The notes beneath the pieces were generated by a model. That model saw only the letters and a list, made by a program, of their open reading frames with translations, did no database searches and was not told the DNA's origin. From positions 32,001 through 96,000 of the IMG/VR virus record IMGVR_UViG_3300028073_000008: 64,000 nucleotides of DNA. One strand, written 5' to 3'. The position numbers and the translations under genes were made by a program. Positions within the stretch are counted from its first letter, which is position 1. The number at the start of each line of letters is the position of its first letter. Positions 19,585-29,229 of the stretch are shown piece after piece. The stretch is from a virus.

Positions 19585-21650
19585 AAAAGTTTCTAAAAAA
19601 TATTTTATTATCGCCATGGACAGCATTGCTAACATTGGCCCTTGTATTAAGTATAAGAATTACTGATCCTGCCTTTGTAGAAAGTATAAGACTACGTTAT
19701 TTTGATACTCTGATAGCGGCCAAAGAACCGACAGTTAATAATATCTTCACAGTAAATATCGACGAAGCAGCATTAGACAAATATGGACAGTGGCCTTTAC
19801 CTAGAGCAGAATATGCCAAAATCATACGAGATCTATACCAGAGGGGAGCAGGTCTTGTGGTACTTAATGTACTCATGCCAGAACCGGACCGTACAGGTGG
19901 TGACGGTGCGCTGGGTCAAGCTCTAAAAGAATTTCCTGTAGTGCTAGGATCTGCTCCTAGCCAAAAGACTAAAAATACTCCTAAAGTTCCCGGCAGTGCT
20001 GTACTCAATCCAGAATGGTTAGATCAGATTGTACAATATCCTGGATTGATAGCCAACGTTCCGCAAATAGAACAAAACGCTGCTGGAGTGGGTATCACTA
20101 ATACACTGCCAGAGATAGATGGTGTTAACCGTAGGATACCATTGATAGTCGCAGTAGACGATAAATTGTATCCAGGATTATCTTTAGAAACTCTGCGTGT
20201 AGCTACAGGCAATGATACATTCCAGGTTAAATTGTTCGAAGGCGGAGTTGAAAAAATGCGCTTGCCGGGAGATATCGGTATCATACCTACAGATAATTTA
20301 GGCCGTGTATGGATAGATTGGAGTCAAAAATCTCAGTCAATGAGTCTTTCTGATGCCATGTCTATAAAAACGTTCGAAGGTGCTATAGTAGTTTTAGGAC
20401 CAACCGCAGCTGGCATAGGCAATCCTGTGCCTACTAGTATAGGTGCTGTGTTTCCTCACGAAGTACAGGCTGCTGTCATCGGCACTATGATCAATAAAAC
20501 AAACATACAGCGACCTGATTGGGCAGACGGAGCAGAGATACTTACATTGGCCTTGTTGGGATTGATAATCATTGGAATGTCGAGGTGGACTTATGTGGGT
20601 ATTTTTACAACTGTTGGTGGTATCGCTGCCGTTGTTTTTGCCAGTCGTTATGGTTTCACTAACTACCAAATCTTGGGAGACGCGACGGCAAGCACAGCTG
20701 GCCTTGTGCTCGTGGCTCTTCATACTTATGGGATTAAGTTTATAAGCGAGTTTTTACAAAAGCAACAGATCAAGAAACAATTCGGCACTTATCTTAGCCC
20801 AGACCTTGTGGCAAGACTACAACGTCAACCAGAACTACTACAGCTAGGAGGTGATAGCCGTGAACTGTCAATCATGTTTACAGATGTTAGAGGATTTACT
20901 AGTATTTCTGAACACTACGGTAAAGATGTTCAAGGACTTACTAAGATCATGAATCGTTATATGACTGCCATGACTAAAAAGATTCTAGAAAATCATGGCA
21001 CGTTAGACAAGTACATCGGAGACGCACAGATGGCGTTCTGGAATGCTCCGTTGGATAATGCTAAACACGCCAAAGATGCTGTAAAGACAGCTTTAGAAAT
21101 GTTAGGAAGTCTCGATGAGTTTAATAGAGAAATCAAAGAAGAAGGTGTCCCACCTTTTGGTATGGGGCTGGGAATTAATACTGATGTTGTCGTGGTTGGC
21201 AATATGGGCAGCGATCAGCGGTTTGACTATACTTGCCTTGGTGATGGAGTCAACCTTGCGTCAAGGTTAGAAGGACAGAGCAAGCCTTACCATGTTGCTA
21301 TGGTTATAGGACCTAAGACACACGAATATGTCAAAGATGAATACTATTGCCTAGAACTAGATTGTCTAGCTGTCAAAGGCAAGCACGAAGGAGTTAATGT
21401 TTATACAGTGTTGGGTCGTATAGACGAATTAAAAATCCCATTATCAGACACACAGATGCACGCTGCCATGTTACATCTATACAGAAATCAAAACTTCGTA
21501 AGAGCTATTACATTCTGTAAAGATCTCAAAGGTCGTTTCAACGGAGCGATGGATGGGTACTACGATATGTGGATAGAACGCTGCGAGGAGATGAAAGATG
21601 CAGGACTACCAAAAGATTGGGACGGAGTATTTAGGACTAATACAAAGTAA
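19581..21650 (+). CDS. CHASE2-domain class III adenylate cyclase
   Basis: IDE.AL..YGQWP.PR CHASE2, 3 TM, FTDVRGFT, DKYIGD, GDGVNLASRLE. Confidence 0.92.
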   Translation: MKKFLKNILLSPWTALLTLALVLSIRITDPAFVESIRLRYFDTLIAAKEPTVNNIFTVNIDEAALDKYGQWPLPRAEYAKIIRDLYQRGAGLVVLNVLMPEPDRTGGDGALGQALKEFPVVLGSAPSQKTKNTPKVPGSAVLNPEWLDQIVQYPGLIANVPQIEQNAAGVGITNTLPEIDGVNRRIPLIVAVDDKLYPGLSLETLRVATGNDTFQVKLFEGGVEKMRLPGDIGIIPTDNLGRVWIDWSQKSQSMSLSDAMSIKTFEGAIVVLGPTAAGIGNPVPTSIGAVFPHEVQAAVIGTMINKTNIQRPDWADGAEILTLALLGLIIIGMSRWTYVGIFTTVGGIAAVVFASRYGFTNYQILGDATASTAGLVLVALHTYGIKFISEFLQKQQIKKQFGTYLSPDLVARLQRQPELLQLGGDSRELSIMFTDVRGFTSISEHYGKDVQGLTKIMNRYMTAMTKKILENHGTLDKYIGDAQMAFWNAPLDNAKHAKDAVKTALEMLGSLDEFNREIKEEGVPPFGMGLGINTDVVVVGNMGSDQRFDYTCLGDGVNLASRLEGQSKPYHVAMVIGPKTHEYVKDEYYCLELDCLAVKGKHEGVNVYTVLGRIDELKIPLSDTQMHAAMLHLYRNQNFVRAITFCKDLKGRFNGAMDGYYDMWIERCEEMKDAGLPKDWDGVFRTNTK

Positions 21651-21824
21651 TCCGTTTTATCAGTTATGGGAACATCAAATTTGTAATACGATTGATTTGG
21701 CTGTTTGGTTTATGTTACAATCGTATTTCTTCTTTCCTTATGTCGTAAGTAAACAAGACGATTGGGGTAAGTGGATTTCTATTTCTAGCCTTAATGGGTT
21801 GAAAGGCAATATCTGTAGACCAAG

Positions 21825-22124
21825 TTAAGAAGCTTTCTTTTCTTCTTCGACTTCGTTGATTTTCTTTTCAGCTTCTACACGCTCATGATCTATAGTCTTA
21901 CCTCTAAGGTGTAGGACTACATCTACTTTCTGATTGAGCCTAATAAGATCATTATCTAACATACGGATACGATCTATTAGAGCTATCAACACAGTATTAG
22001 CATTGCTCAGGACCGGCTTGACTTCTTTCGTGGCCCATGTCCAGACGTAATATATCATATAGCCCATGCCACCTGCTGCTACTATCGGAAAACCATACTT
22101 GTTGATTAGCTCTACTAAATCCAT
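21825..22124 (-). CDS. small membrane protein (GFPI..A paralog)
   Basis: GFPIVAAGGMGY, RIRMLDND.IR. Confidence 0.6.
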   Translation of the reverse strand: MDLVELINKYGFPIVAAGGMGYMIYYVWTWATKEVKPVLSNANTVLIALIDRIRMLDNDLIRLNQKVDVVLHLRGKTIDHERVEAEKKINEVEEEKKAS

Positions 22125-22133
22125 AACTCTACC

Positions 22134-22667
22134 TCAAATGAATAAGAAATATCCTTGTGCTAACAAAGCAGCACCTAGAGCACCTACCCATATGCTGGCT
22201 TTGAACATGCGATTATCTACAGCCAAGATACTGGCAGACAATAGCACGATAGCCAATTGAAACAGCATACCAGAAAATGTTAACCAAGGACCATGTGCTC
22301 TGGCCGCATCTCGTTCTGCTTCTAATTGTTTAGCTTTGGCTAATAGCTCTTTCTTGCCTTCGCCTGTTAGTGGATCGCTTTCATAGCGATCAATCTTGGC
22401 CTGTAGTTGATCTATTCTAGACTTGTTACCTACTTGTCTAGCATCTTCTAATTGGCCTTCTGCTATGCTCTGTTTGATGCTCTTGGCTTGATAAAAGCCA
22501 TAGGTGTTAGTTGCTTGTAAAAGTTTAGTCTGTGCTGTACCACTGAATCCGTTAGCTAGATAAGTGTTACCCGCTAGGAACAGGGCCATGATAACGATGA
22601 CTAATCCTGCTTTATCTTTGATAGCAGCTTCTCTTTCGCTGCGCGATGGCTTTTTTACTTCTTCCAT
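22134..22667 (-). CDS. DUF4337-like membrane protein
   Basis: YQAKSIK, QLAIVLLSAS. Confidence 0.7.
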   Translation of the reverse strand: MEEVKKPSRSEREAAIKDKAGLVIVIMALFLAGNTYLANGFSGTAQTKLLQATNTYGFYQAKSIKQSIAEGQLEDARQVGNKSRIDQLQAKIDRYESDPLTGEGKKELLAKAKQLEAERDAARAHGPWLTFSGMLFQLAIVLLSASILAVDNRMFKASIWVGALGAALLAQGYFLFI

Positions 22668-22669
22668 TA

Positions 22670-22867
22670 TCAGTCCTTTCTATAGGCTTCTTCGCCTTCT
22701 TTGATAAATTTTACTAACGGATCTACTTTCCTCAAGATCTGTCTCCCGTTGACATTGATCAGTTGAAAATAATCTCCACCCTTCCATCCTAGAGCATCAG
22801 AGTTAAACTCTTCGTCTAGGATAATTCCATTTGGGCTCACATCCCAATTGTAGTCTATGTATAGCAT
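22670..22867 (-). CDS. hypothetical protein
   Basis: ORF tightly packed between neighbours. Confidence 0.55.
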   Translation of the reverse strand: MLYIDYNWDVSPNGIILDEEFNSDALGWKGGDYFQLINVNGRQILRKVDPLVKFIKEGEEAYRKD

Positions 22868-23149
22868 TTAGTCCCTTCTGGCATCATTTTTACCGTCTGC
22901 TCTAGCGATCCTGTTAATATCAGGTTTGAGACCCAATGCGTTAGATACGACAGTGTCTATTCTTATGACATCATGATTCATAGTCTTGACACGGTTGTCT
23001 AGAGCTGTGATGATTCCAGCTAGGCCCTGTACAGAACCCATAACACCTGCCAAAATAAACTTTAGTGTTAGAAAAATGAAATAGCCGCCCGCACAAGCTG
23101 CTGCTATTGGAAATCCTACTTCTGCTACTAATTTGAAAAATTCTGTCAT
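22868..23149 (-). CDS. small membrane protein (GFPI..A paralog)
   Basis: GFPIAAACAGGY, RVKTMNHDVIR; start chosen after GGAG. Confidence 0.6.
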   Translation of the reverse strand: MTEFFKLVAEVGFPIAAACAGGYFIFLTLKFILAGVMGSVQGLAGIITALDNRVKTMNHDVIRIDTVVSNALGLKPDINRIARADGKNDARRD

Positions 23150-23178
23150 GTTCTCGCTCCGTACATGGTATTTATTAA

Positions 23179-23207
23179 TTGACAAGCCCAAAATACGAAG
23201 CTATAAT
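23179..23207 (+). promoter_or_regulatory. consensus sigma70 promoter
   Basis: TTGACA-17-TATAAT. Confidence 0.85.
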
Positions 23208-23235
23208 AGTAGCATATATTAAATACGGATACCCT

Positions 23236-23811
23236 ATGAAAAACGAACTAGATAACTATCTCTGTCAGACTTATCCCAAGATTTTTGCGGATAGACACAA
23301 GCCCATGACTGAGACTTGTATGTGCTGGGGATTTGAATGCGGTGACGGTTGGTTCAATATCCTCAACCATCTGTGTTCTAACATACAGCATCATATCGAT
23401 TGGTCCATTAAAAACAATCAGTGGGATCAAGATTGGAATGATGCTGTACACGCAGGACTAGCTGGTAATCTAGAACCTCTAGAAAAGCGATTTGGATCGT
23501 TTGTTAATGCTGATGAACGTATCCAAGAAGCACTAGAAAATGGTGTCCGTACAGTCAGGCCAGTTATTCCTCAAGTAATAGCACAGCAGGTCAAAGAAAA
23601 GTTTGGTACTTTGCGTTTCTATTATCAAGGAGGCGACGACTACATCAACGGGTTAGTTGCTATGGCCGAAAGCCTAAGCGGTAATACCTGCGAAACTTGC
23701 GGCAAGCCAGGACACAGGACTAGTGGTGGTTGGATCAAGACTGCGTGTGTAGAACACGGTGGTAAAGATCTAACCGAAGAAGACTATCTTAAACAAGGTT
23801 TCGAAGGATGA
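23236..23811 (+). CDS. phage hypothetical protein
   Basis: ECGDGW, QVKEKFGTLRFY, CETCG motifs. Confidence 0.7.
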   Translation: MKNELDNYLCQTYPKIFADRHKPMTETCMCWGFECGDGWFNILNHLCSNIQHHIDWSIKNNQWDQDWNDAVHAGLAGNLEPLEKRFGSFVNADERIQEALENGVRTVRPVIPQVIAQQVKEKFGTLRFYYQGGDDYINGLVAMAESLSGNTCETCGKPGHRTSGGWIKTACVEHGGKDLTEEDYLKQGFEG

Positions 23812-24608
23812 AAATAAAATTAGTATCAGATCTACATCTTGAGTTTTCCGATATAAACATCAAGAACGACAACGACTACGATGTGCTCATCCTAGGCGGC
23901 GATATCCTTGTGGCTGAATATCTCAAGAGAGAAAACGGAGAGCGAGGCAAACGTTTTCATGATTTCCTCAAGCGTGTGAGCTTTCAGTTTCCGCACGTAG
24001 TCTATGTTGCCGGTAACCACGAGTTTTACAATGGCAAGTTTTATGACTGCCTTGATATATTAGAAAGTCTTAAAGACCTTTATCCTAACATCTACTTCTT
24101 GGAAAATGGTGCTAGGACTATAGGCGATGTGACTTTCATCGGCTGTACTCTTTGGACAGATATGAACAAGGCTGATCCACTTACACTGTTACATGTCAGC
24201 CAAATGATGAATGACTTTAGAGCTATCCGTAATGACAAGGCCGGATATCGTCCTTGGTCTACGGAGGACGCAGTAAGACGTCATAGACTCAGTCTTGAGT
24301 ACATCAGCGCAGTGGTAGCCGAAAAGCATGATCAAAAGTTCGTAGTGGTCGGACATCATAGTCCTAGCCATCAGAGCATACATCCACAGTATCATTACGA
24401 TCAGATCATGAACGGTGGATACCACAGCAACTTAGATGAGTTTATCTTAGATAGACCGCAGATTAAACTTTGGACACATGGTCATACCCATCATCCTTTC
24501 GATTATATGATCGGTGAGACTCGTATAGTATGTAACCCACGTGGCTATGAAGATGGCCACTACAGCGAGAACACAGGATGGGATCCAAATATAGTAATCG
24601 AAGTCTAG
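23808..24608 (+). CDS. calcineurin-like metallophosphoesterase
   Basis: SDLHLE, GD, GNHE, HGHTH. Confidence 0.88.
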   Translation: MKIKLVSDLHLEFSDINIKNDNDYDVLILGGDILVAEYLKRENGERGKRFHDFLKRVSFQFPHVVYVAGNHEFYNGKFYDCLDILESLKDLYPNIYFLENGARTIGDVTFIGCTLWTDMNKADPLTLLHVSQMMNDFRAIRNDKAGYRPWSTEDAVRRHRLSLEYISAVVAEKHDQKFVVVGHHSPSHQSIHPQYHYDQIMNGGYHSNLDEFILDRPQIKLWTHGHTHHPFDYMIGETRIVCNPRGYEDGHYSENTGWDPNIVIEV

Positions 24609-24853
24609 AAGATCAGATAGTCGAATCTCTAGGAAACGAAATGCGGAAAGAGATTGACTTTGAAGTCATGACTGGTCTCTTACAGGAACTAGGATGGCGC
24701 AAAGTCGTTCTCTCTCCCATGACGCACGAAAAAGGCGAAGCTATCGATCGTTGGGTCAAAGACAACTGTAAAGACCGTGTACACACTATGGGTTTGGTTT
24801 GGGTTTTCGAAAACGACAAAGAAGCCAATTGGTTTACTCTAAAATGGGCGTAA
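24578..24853 (+). CDS. small F-x-L-K-W family protein
   Basis: ends WFTLKWA. Confidence 0.6.
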   Translation: MGSKYSNRSLEDQIVESLGNEMRKEIDFEVMTGLLQELGWRKVVLSPMTHEKGEAIDRWVKDNCKDRVHTMGLVWVFENDKEANWFTLKWA

Positions 24854-25243
24854 ATGAAAATACATCCTTGGCAAATAGATATGCTTGATAAAATGACAAA
24901 ATACAAAGGGCGCGGCATGGTACAGGTAACTGGTAGACAGATCGGTAAAAGCATGGTATCGGCATTAAACGCTGTCTTTCGTGATGTCTATTATCCACAG
25001 CTTACAGATATAGTGTTATCTGAAGGTAAAGTCTACGGTGCTAGATACTATACCGCACAGCCTATAGGCGGCAACTGGCACGAAATGACCGCATGGTGTT
25101 TAGAACATTTTGGTTCTTCTGGAAGCAACATGTGGGGAGAAGATAAGGCTCCCGAACCTGCTGAACGTTGGTATATGAATAATCGCAAGTTTTGGTTCCG
25201 CGATGAAATGGATCGTATGATTTTTGTGTTGAAGTGGAGATAA
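24854..25243 (+). CDS. small F-x-L-K-W family protein
   Basis: WCLEHFG ... IFVLKWR. Confidence 0.6.
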   Translation: MKIHPWQIDMLDKMTKYKGRGMVQVTGRQIGKSMVSALNAVFRDVYYPQLTDIVLSEGKVYGARYYTAQPIGGNWHEMTAWCLEHFGSSGSNMWGEDKAPEPAERWYMNNRKFWFRDEMDRMIFVLKWR

Positions 25244-25244
25244 C

Positions 25245-25526
25245 ATGAAAAAGAAAAGGCTATTGACAGATAGAGAAGGACAGTATCAATTGCCTTTTGG
25301 AATGATCGGATTATCTTGGTCGCGAACACGAGAACATCCTATCACTTTAGAATGCCAGGCTCTTTACGAAAACGGTGCCGTGACTATGACTGGACTTAGA
25401 GAAGAAACATTTGTAGAAATAGCCAACTGGTGTTCAGAACACAACTGCGGTAAACGCATGGCTTGGAACCAATTTCAATTCAAAAGTGAAAAACAAGTAA
25501 CTATGTTTTTGTTAAAATGGGCGTAA
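25245..25526 (+). CDS. small F-x-L-K-W family protein
   Basis: WCSEH ... MFLLKWA. Confidence 0.6.
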   Translation: MKKKRLLTDREGQYQLPFGMIGLSWSRTREHPITLECQALYENGAVTMTGLREETFVEIANWCSEHNCGKRMAWNQFQFKSEKQVTMFLLKWA

Positions 25527-25768
25527 AAGTAGCTGACATCAGATCTATACTATCTACACGATCTCGCGCCACGTTTCCTTATAGGATTAATTTTGATACT
25601 GTGGGTTACGAAACTTTGCCGAAGATGAACAAGTGGTGCGAAGAACAGTGTAAAGGATTATGGAGAGCTCAATCAGTACATGCTCTTTACTGGCAGTTTG
25701 AAAATGATCACGATGCTACTATGTTTATGTTAAAATGGGCCAATGCTGAAGGGAACAAAATAAAATGA
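25517..25768 (+). CDS. small F-x-L-K-W family protein
   Basis: WCEEQC ... DATMFMLKWA. Confidence 0.6.
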   Translation: MGVKVADIRSILSTRSRATFPYRINFDTVGYETLPKMNKWCEEQCKGLWRAQSVHALYWQFENDHDATMFMLKWANAEGNKIK

Positions 25769-26256
25769 ATATCTATGTCGACATGGACGATGTTGTAGCC
25801 GATTGGTTTGGCTATGCTAGAGAATATCTTAACGAACCTTTGTTCAAGGACGGAGACATACTGCCAGACGCTACTTGGCAAAAGCTCAAAGATGATCAAC
25901 GCATGTATAGCAAACTACCAGTCAAGGAAGGAGCATACCAATTGATCAATTGGTTAACTGCTTATGCTACAGAACATGCCTGTGGTCTATACTTCTTAAC
26001 TGCTATCCCCAAAGGCAACGACATGCCTTGGGCGCCAACTGACAAAATATTTTGGGCTAACAAATATTTTCCACAAGTGCCTGTATTCTTGGGACCATAC
26101 AGTTTCGACAAATGGGTTCGCTGCCAACCCGGAGATATCTTGATCGACGATCGCAAATCTAACTGTGAAGATTGGAAACGTGCCGGAGGCAGGGCACACA
26201 TGTATAGATCTTGGGAAGAATGTAAGCCATGGCTGGAAGAGACCCTTGGGGTGTAA
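25765..26256 (+). CDS. HAD-family 5'(3')-deoxyribonucleotidase (NT5C-like)
   Basis: IYVDMDDVVAD, LIDD motifs. Confidence 0.8.
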   Translation: MNIYVDMDDVVADWFGYAREYLNEPLFKDGDILPDATWQKLKDDQRMYSKLPVKEGAYQLINWLTAYATEHACGLYFLTAIPKGNDMPWAPTDKIFWANKYFPQVPVFLGPYSFDKWVRCQPGDILIDDRKSNCEDWKRAGGRAHMYRSWEECKPWLEETLGV

Positions 26257-26609
26257 GCGATAGGATGATCAACCATTGGCTACACGAATCGTGGTGTAGC
26301 CAAGATCCTGGCAGGATTCGATATCCTGTGATAAACAACTATATGCTTATAGATGACAAACTGTACGAAGTAAAAGAAATCACAGTACATGAGTTTACCA
26401 TGGGCGATGTAGAAGATCCTGATCTATATGCTGCCGAACCTTTATACAATTGGCAAAAAAGTGAACAAGGGCAATGGGTAATGAAAAATGCTCTCGAAAC
26501 CCCCAGTTGGTACAGGATGACGGACCATGTAGCATTTGGATACAAGTATGCCATACGTGCTAAATTCATAGGTCCAAAAATCACTGAGTGGTATCTTAAA
26601 TTCAAATGA
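26229..26609 (+). CDS. small F-x-L-K-W-like family protein
   Basis: GDVEDPDLYAA ... WYLKFK. Confidence 0.55.
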   Translation: MAGRDPWGVSDRMINHWLHESWCSQDPGRIRYPVINNYMLIDDKLYEVKEITVHEFTMGDVEDPDLYAAEPLYNWQKSEQGQWVMKNALETPSWYRMTDHVAFGYKYAIRAKFIGPKITEWYLKFK

Positions 26610-26839
26610 AAGTAGTTGCCTATGGTCAACTTAATCTTTTAGACGATCAACGACTGATGTCGTTGCTCGATACATATCATCCAATAAAGTCTTTCGATGA
26701 TCAATTTCCAGAAAAATTAGTTTGGTGTTTGGAACACTGTAATAGCAAATTTAGAGATATCAAAGATGAAAATTATCGAATTTGGTATTTCCAAAATGAG
26801 CATGATGCTACTATGTTTGCTATGCGATGGGCTTCTTGA
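26606..26839 (+). CDS. small F-x-L-K-W family protein
   Basis: WCLEHC ... DATMFAMRW. Confidence 0.6.
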   Translation: MKVVAYGQLNLLDDQRLMSLLDTYHPIKSFDDQFPEKLVWCLEHCNSKFRDIKDENYRIWYFQNEHDATMFAMRWAS

Positions 26840-26864
26840 CTTTTCAATTTAGCTGTGCTATAAT
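26836..26864 (+). promoter_or_regulatory. sigma70-type promoter
   Basis: TTGACT-17-TATAAT with TG. Confidence 0.75.
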
Positions 26865-26887
26865 ATAGAACACTTAAAGGAGTCTAT

Positions 26888-27289
26888 ATGAAAATCGGTT
26901 TCAGTCTCGGTCGTTGTGTTCGTGACATCGTCGAAGGATATCTGTCTGTGGATGATGTAGCATTTATCATAGCGGCTACAGCTATCGATGATGAAAAGCA
27001 TCTAGTAGGTGTTATCAAAAATTATATGGGGCGCCCCGGATATCTATACGGGCTTGACGAAGAAATCTGTTTAGATGTAGCACATCAGTTATGGTATGCT
27101 AATAAGATCCTACAGCCTCGCAAGCAAGGTATTATGCGACACATGCAACCTGAAAACGCAATTTGGGTAGACATGTATCCTACACAACTAAGTGAAAACG
27201 AATCTGTCAAGAAAGCCTGGGACGCTTATCGTTTCATGTTACACATGACAGAAAATGTTGATAACGAAGCTATGGAGGCATTCCAATAG
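26888..27289 (+). CDS. hypothetical protein
   Basis: strong SD AAGGAG. Confidence 0.7.
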   Translation: MKIGFSLGRCVRDIVEGYLSVDDVAFIIAATAIDDEKHLVGVIKNYMGRPGYLYGLDEEICLDVAHQLWYANKILQPRKQGIMRHMQPENAIWVDMYPTQLSENESVKKAWDAYRFMLHMTENVDNEAMEAFQ

Positions 27290-27546
27290 TGAAAGATAAA
27301 TTACGAGAATTGTTAAAACATCTCAAACCTTCAAATCTAGATAAAGAAACTTTGCCCGTAGTGGTCATAGTTCTTGTCTGCGCAGGAATATTGTTGTTTA
27401 GCGATCTTGGTAAAGGCAGTACCAGAGTCTATGATTGTCGCCTAGCTGAAATCAGTCCAGACTTTCCACCAAAGGTCAGAGATGAGTGCCGCAAGCGTAG
27501 AATGGAATACCAAAAAAACAGTAACGAAAACGCACAAGGAATCTAA
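27289..27546 (+). CDS. small membrane protein
   Basis: one TM; YDCRLAEISPDFP..VR.ECR. Confidence 0.6.
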   Translation: MKDKLRELLKHLKPSNLDKETLPVVVIVLVCAGILLFSDLGKGSTRVYDCRLAEISPDFPPKVRDECRKRRMEYQKNSNENAQGI

Positions 27547-27547
27547 T

Positions 27548-27805
27548 ATGTTTTTTAAAAGAAACCGAAAGGAAAATGTAATGACGTCAAATTCACAGCC
27601 TCCGACAAAAGAAACCCGAGAAGAATACTTTAGAGTAGGCGCCACTACAGATGGACGTACCACTTTGACGTTGACAGATGGTACTACCAGCATGACGCTG
27701 ACTATGAACCAACTAGCTTGTGAGCAGATGATTCGTATGATTAGAGCTACGTATGTCGAAGAGCAAAAAAATGAAGTAACCGAGGAAGCAAAGGAAGAAG
27801 CATGA
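27548..27805 (+). CDS. hypothetical protein
   Basis: SD AAGGA; operon packing. Confidence 0.55.
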   Translation: MFFKRNRKENVMTSNSQPPTKETREEYFRVGATTDGRTTLTLTDGTTSMTLTMNQLACEQMIRMIRATYVEEQKNEVTEEAKEEA

Positions 27806-28338
27806 TCACCCTCAAGCAATGGTTGGAAGTCTGTGACTATCGCATCACTGAAGGTAGCGATTACCAATGGCAATGTTTTGGCCCTACAGCCTATCGTCTA
27901 GATAGCTGGAACGGTGACCACGACGGACATACAGTCACTATCTTGTTTGATACTGCTACACAAGAAGTCTATCAAGTGGAAGCATTTGACTACAAGCGTG
28001 AACGTGCTTATCGTATGACCAATCCAGAATACCTCGAAGCGTTTGAAGCCGAATGTAAACAACGTGCCGTTATCGACGAAGCATGGGAACGCGACGACGG
28101 TACACCGGTCAAGTTCACCGATCTTGATGTTGAAGAAGATTGGATCGAAAAAGCCGTTGCTATCGTTAACGAAGAAGATTACGACACCCGAGTACAGGTG
28201 CCAGTTAACTTCACAGATGAAGAATTGCTTACTTATATGAAGATGGCTCATGAACGCGACATGACTTTTAACGAGTTTGTCGAACACGCACTCAAGTCAG
28301 CTATAGAGGCACATGATGAACTTACAGCAGATAATTGA
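27802..28338 (+). CDS. hypothetical with C-terminal RHH-like tail
   Basis: MAHERDMTFNEFVEHAL. Confidence 0.6.
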   Translation: MITLKQWLEVCDYRITEGSDYQWQCFGPTAYRLDSWNGDHDGHTVTILFDTATQEVYQVEAFDYKRERAYRMTNPEYLEAFEAECKQRAVIDEAWERDDGTPVKFTDLDVEEDWIEKAVAIVNEEDYDTRVQVPVNFTDEELLTYMKMAHERDMTFNEFVEHALKSAIEAHDELTADN

Positions 28339-28476
28339 TTCTATAGCATCTCTAAACGATCAAGAATTGCTCGAGTTAGCTGAGGGTCTATTTAAATATG
28401 ATCCTGTATTGGCAAGTGATCTAGAATTCTTGATACATGTCTGCCAAATGGACGAAACTTTTTCTAAGGAAGATTT

Positions 28477-29229
28477 ATGATAGTTGTTTTCGGCAAAGGT
28501 ATAGTAGGTCAAGCCACAGGTCTTGTTTTTAACAAGGAAGTGTCTTATATAGATCCAGCATTTGGTTTATCTATCGATGATCTTAAACCATATAAACATG
28601 CTGTGATCACTGTGCCTACACCTGCGGCCGAACATGGACTAGATCATTCTGGTATAGTTAGATGTATCGACGAACTTAAACAAAAAGGGTTTGGTGGTAT
28701 TGTGATCATACGTTCTACCTGCCAAACTGAGTTTCTTGCCAACATAAGCGATCATTATCATTCTGTCGTTTATTGGCCAGAATTCTTACGTGAAGAAAAT
28801 TACAAATATGAAGCCATCCATCCTAGTATCGTTGTGTTAGGTGGATCCAATCATATGTGTCAGTCTGTTGAATCTCTGCTTAAAGAATATCAACATGGTA
28901 CACGATCTAAATGGCATCTGACAGATATCGTAACTGCCAGTATCATAAAGCTAGGTTTGAACACAGCATTAGCAGCCAAAATAACCATGTTCAACAGCTT
29001 ATATTCCATAGCAGAAAAAAATGAAGCAAATTGGAATGTAATACACGATGCTATCTGCGAAGATTGGCGTATCGGTTTTGGGCAAAGCGAAGTACCTGGG
29101 CCAGATGGCAAAGTCGGGTTCGGGGGTAAATGTCTACCAAAAGATGTAGCTACTATGGCTAATATGGATGTGGACAACGTTTACCTTCAATCGATAATGT
29201 CGTATAATAAACTACTAAGGGATGAGTGA
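28477..29229 (+). CDS. UDP-glucose 6-dehydrogenase-like protein (truncated)
   Basis: G.GIVG, VPTP, IRST, PEFLRE, GFGGKCLPKD. Confidence 0.85.
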   Translation: MIVVFGKGIVGQATGLVFNKEVSYIDPAFGLSIDDLKPYKHAVITVPTPAAEHGLDHSGIVRCIDELKQKGFGGIVIIRSTCQTEFLANISDHYHSVVYWPEFLREENYKYEAIHPSIVVLGGSNHMCQSVESLLKEYQHGTRSKWHLTDIVTASIIKLGLNTALAAKITMFNSLYSIAEKNEANWNVIHDAICEDWRIGFGQSEVPGPDGKVGFGGKCLPKDVATMANMDVDNVYLQSIMSYNKLLRDE

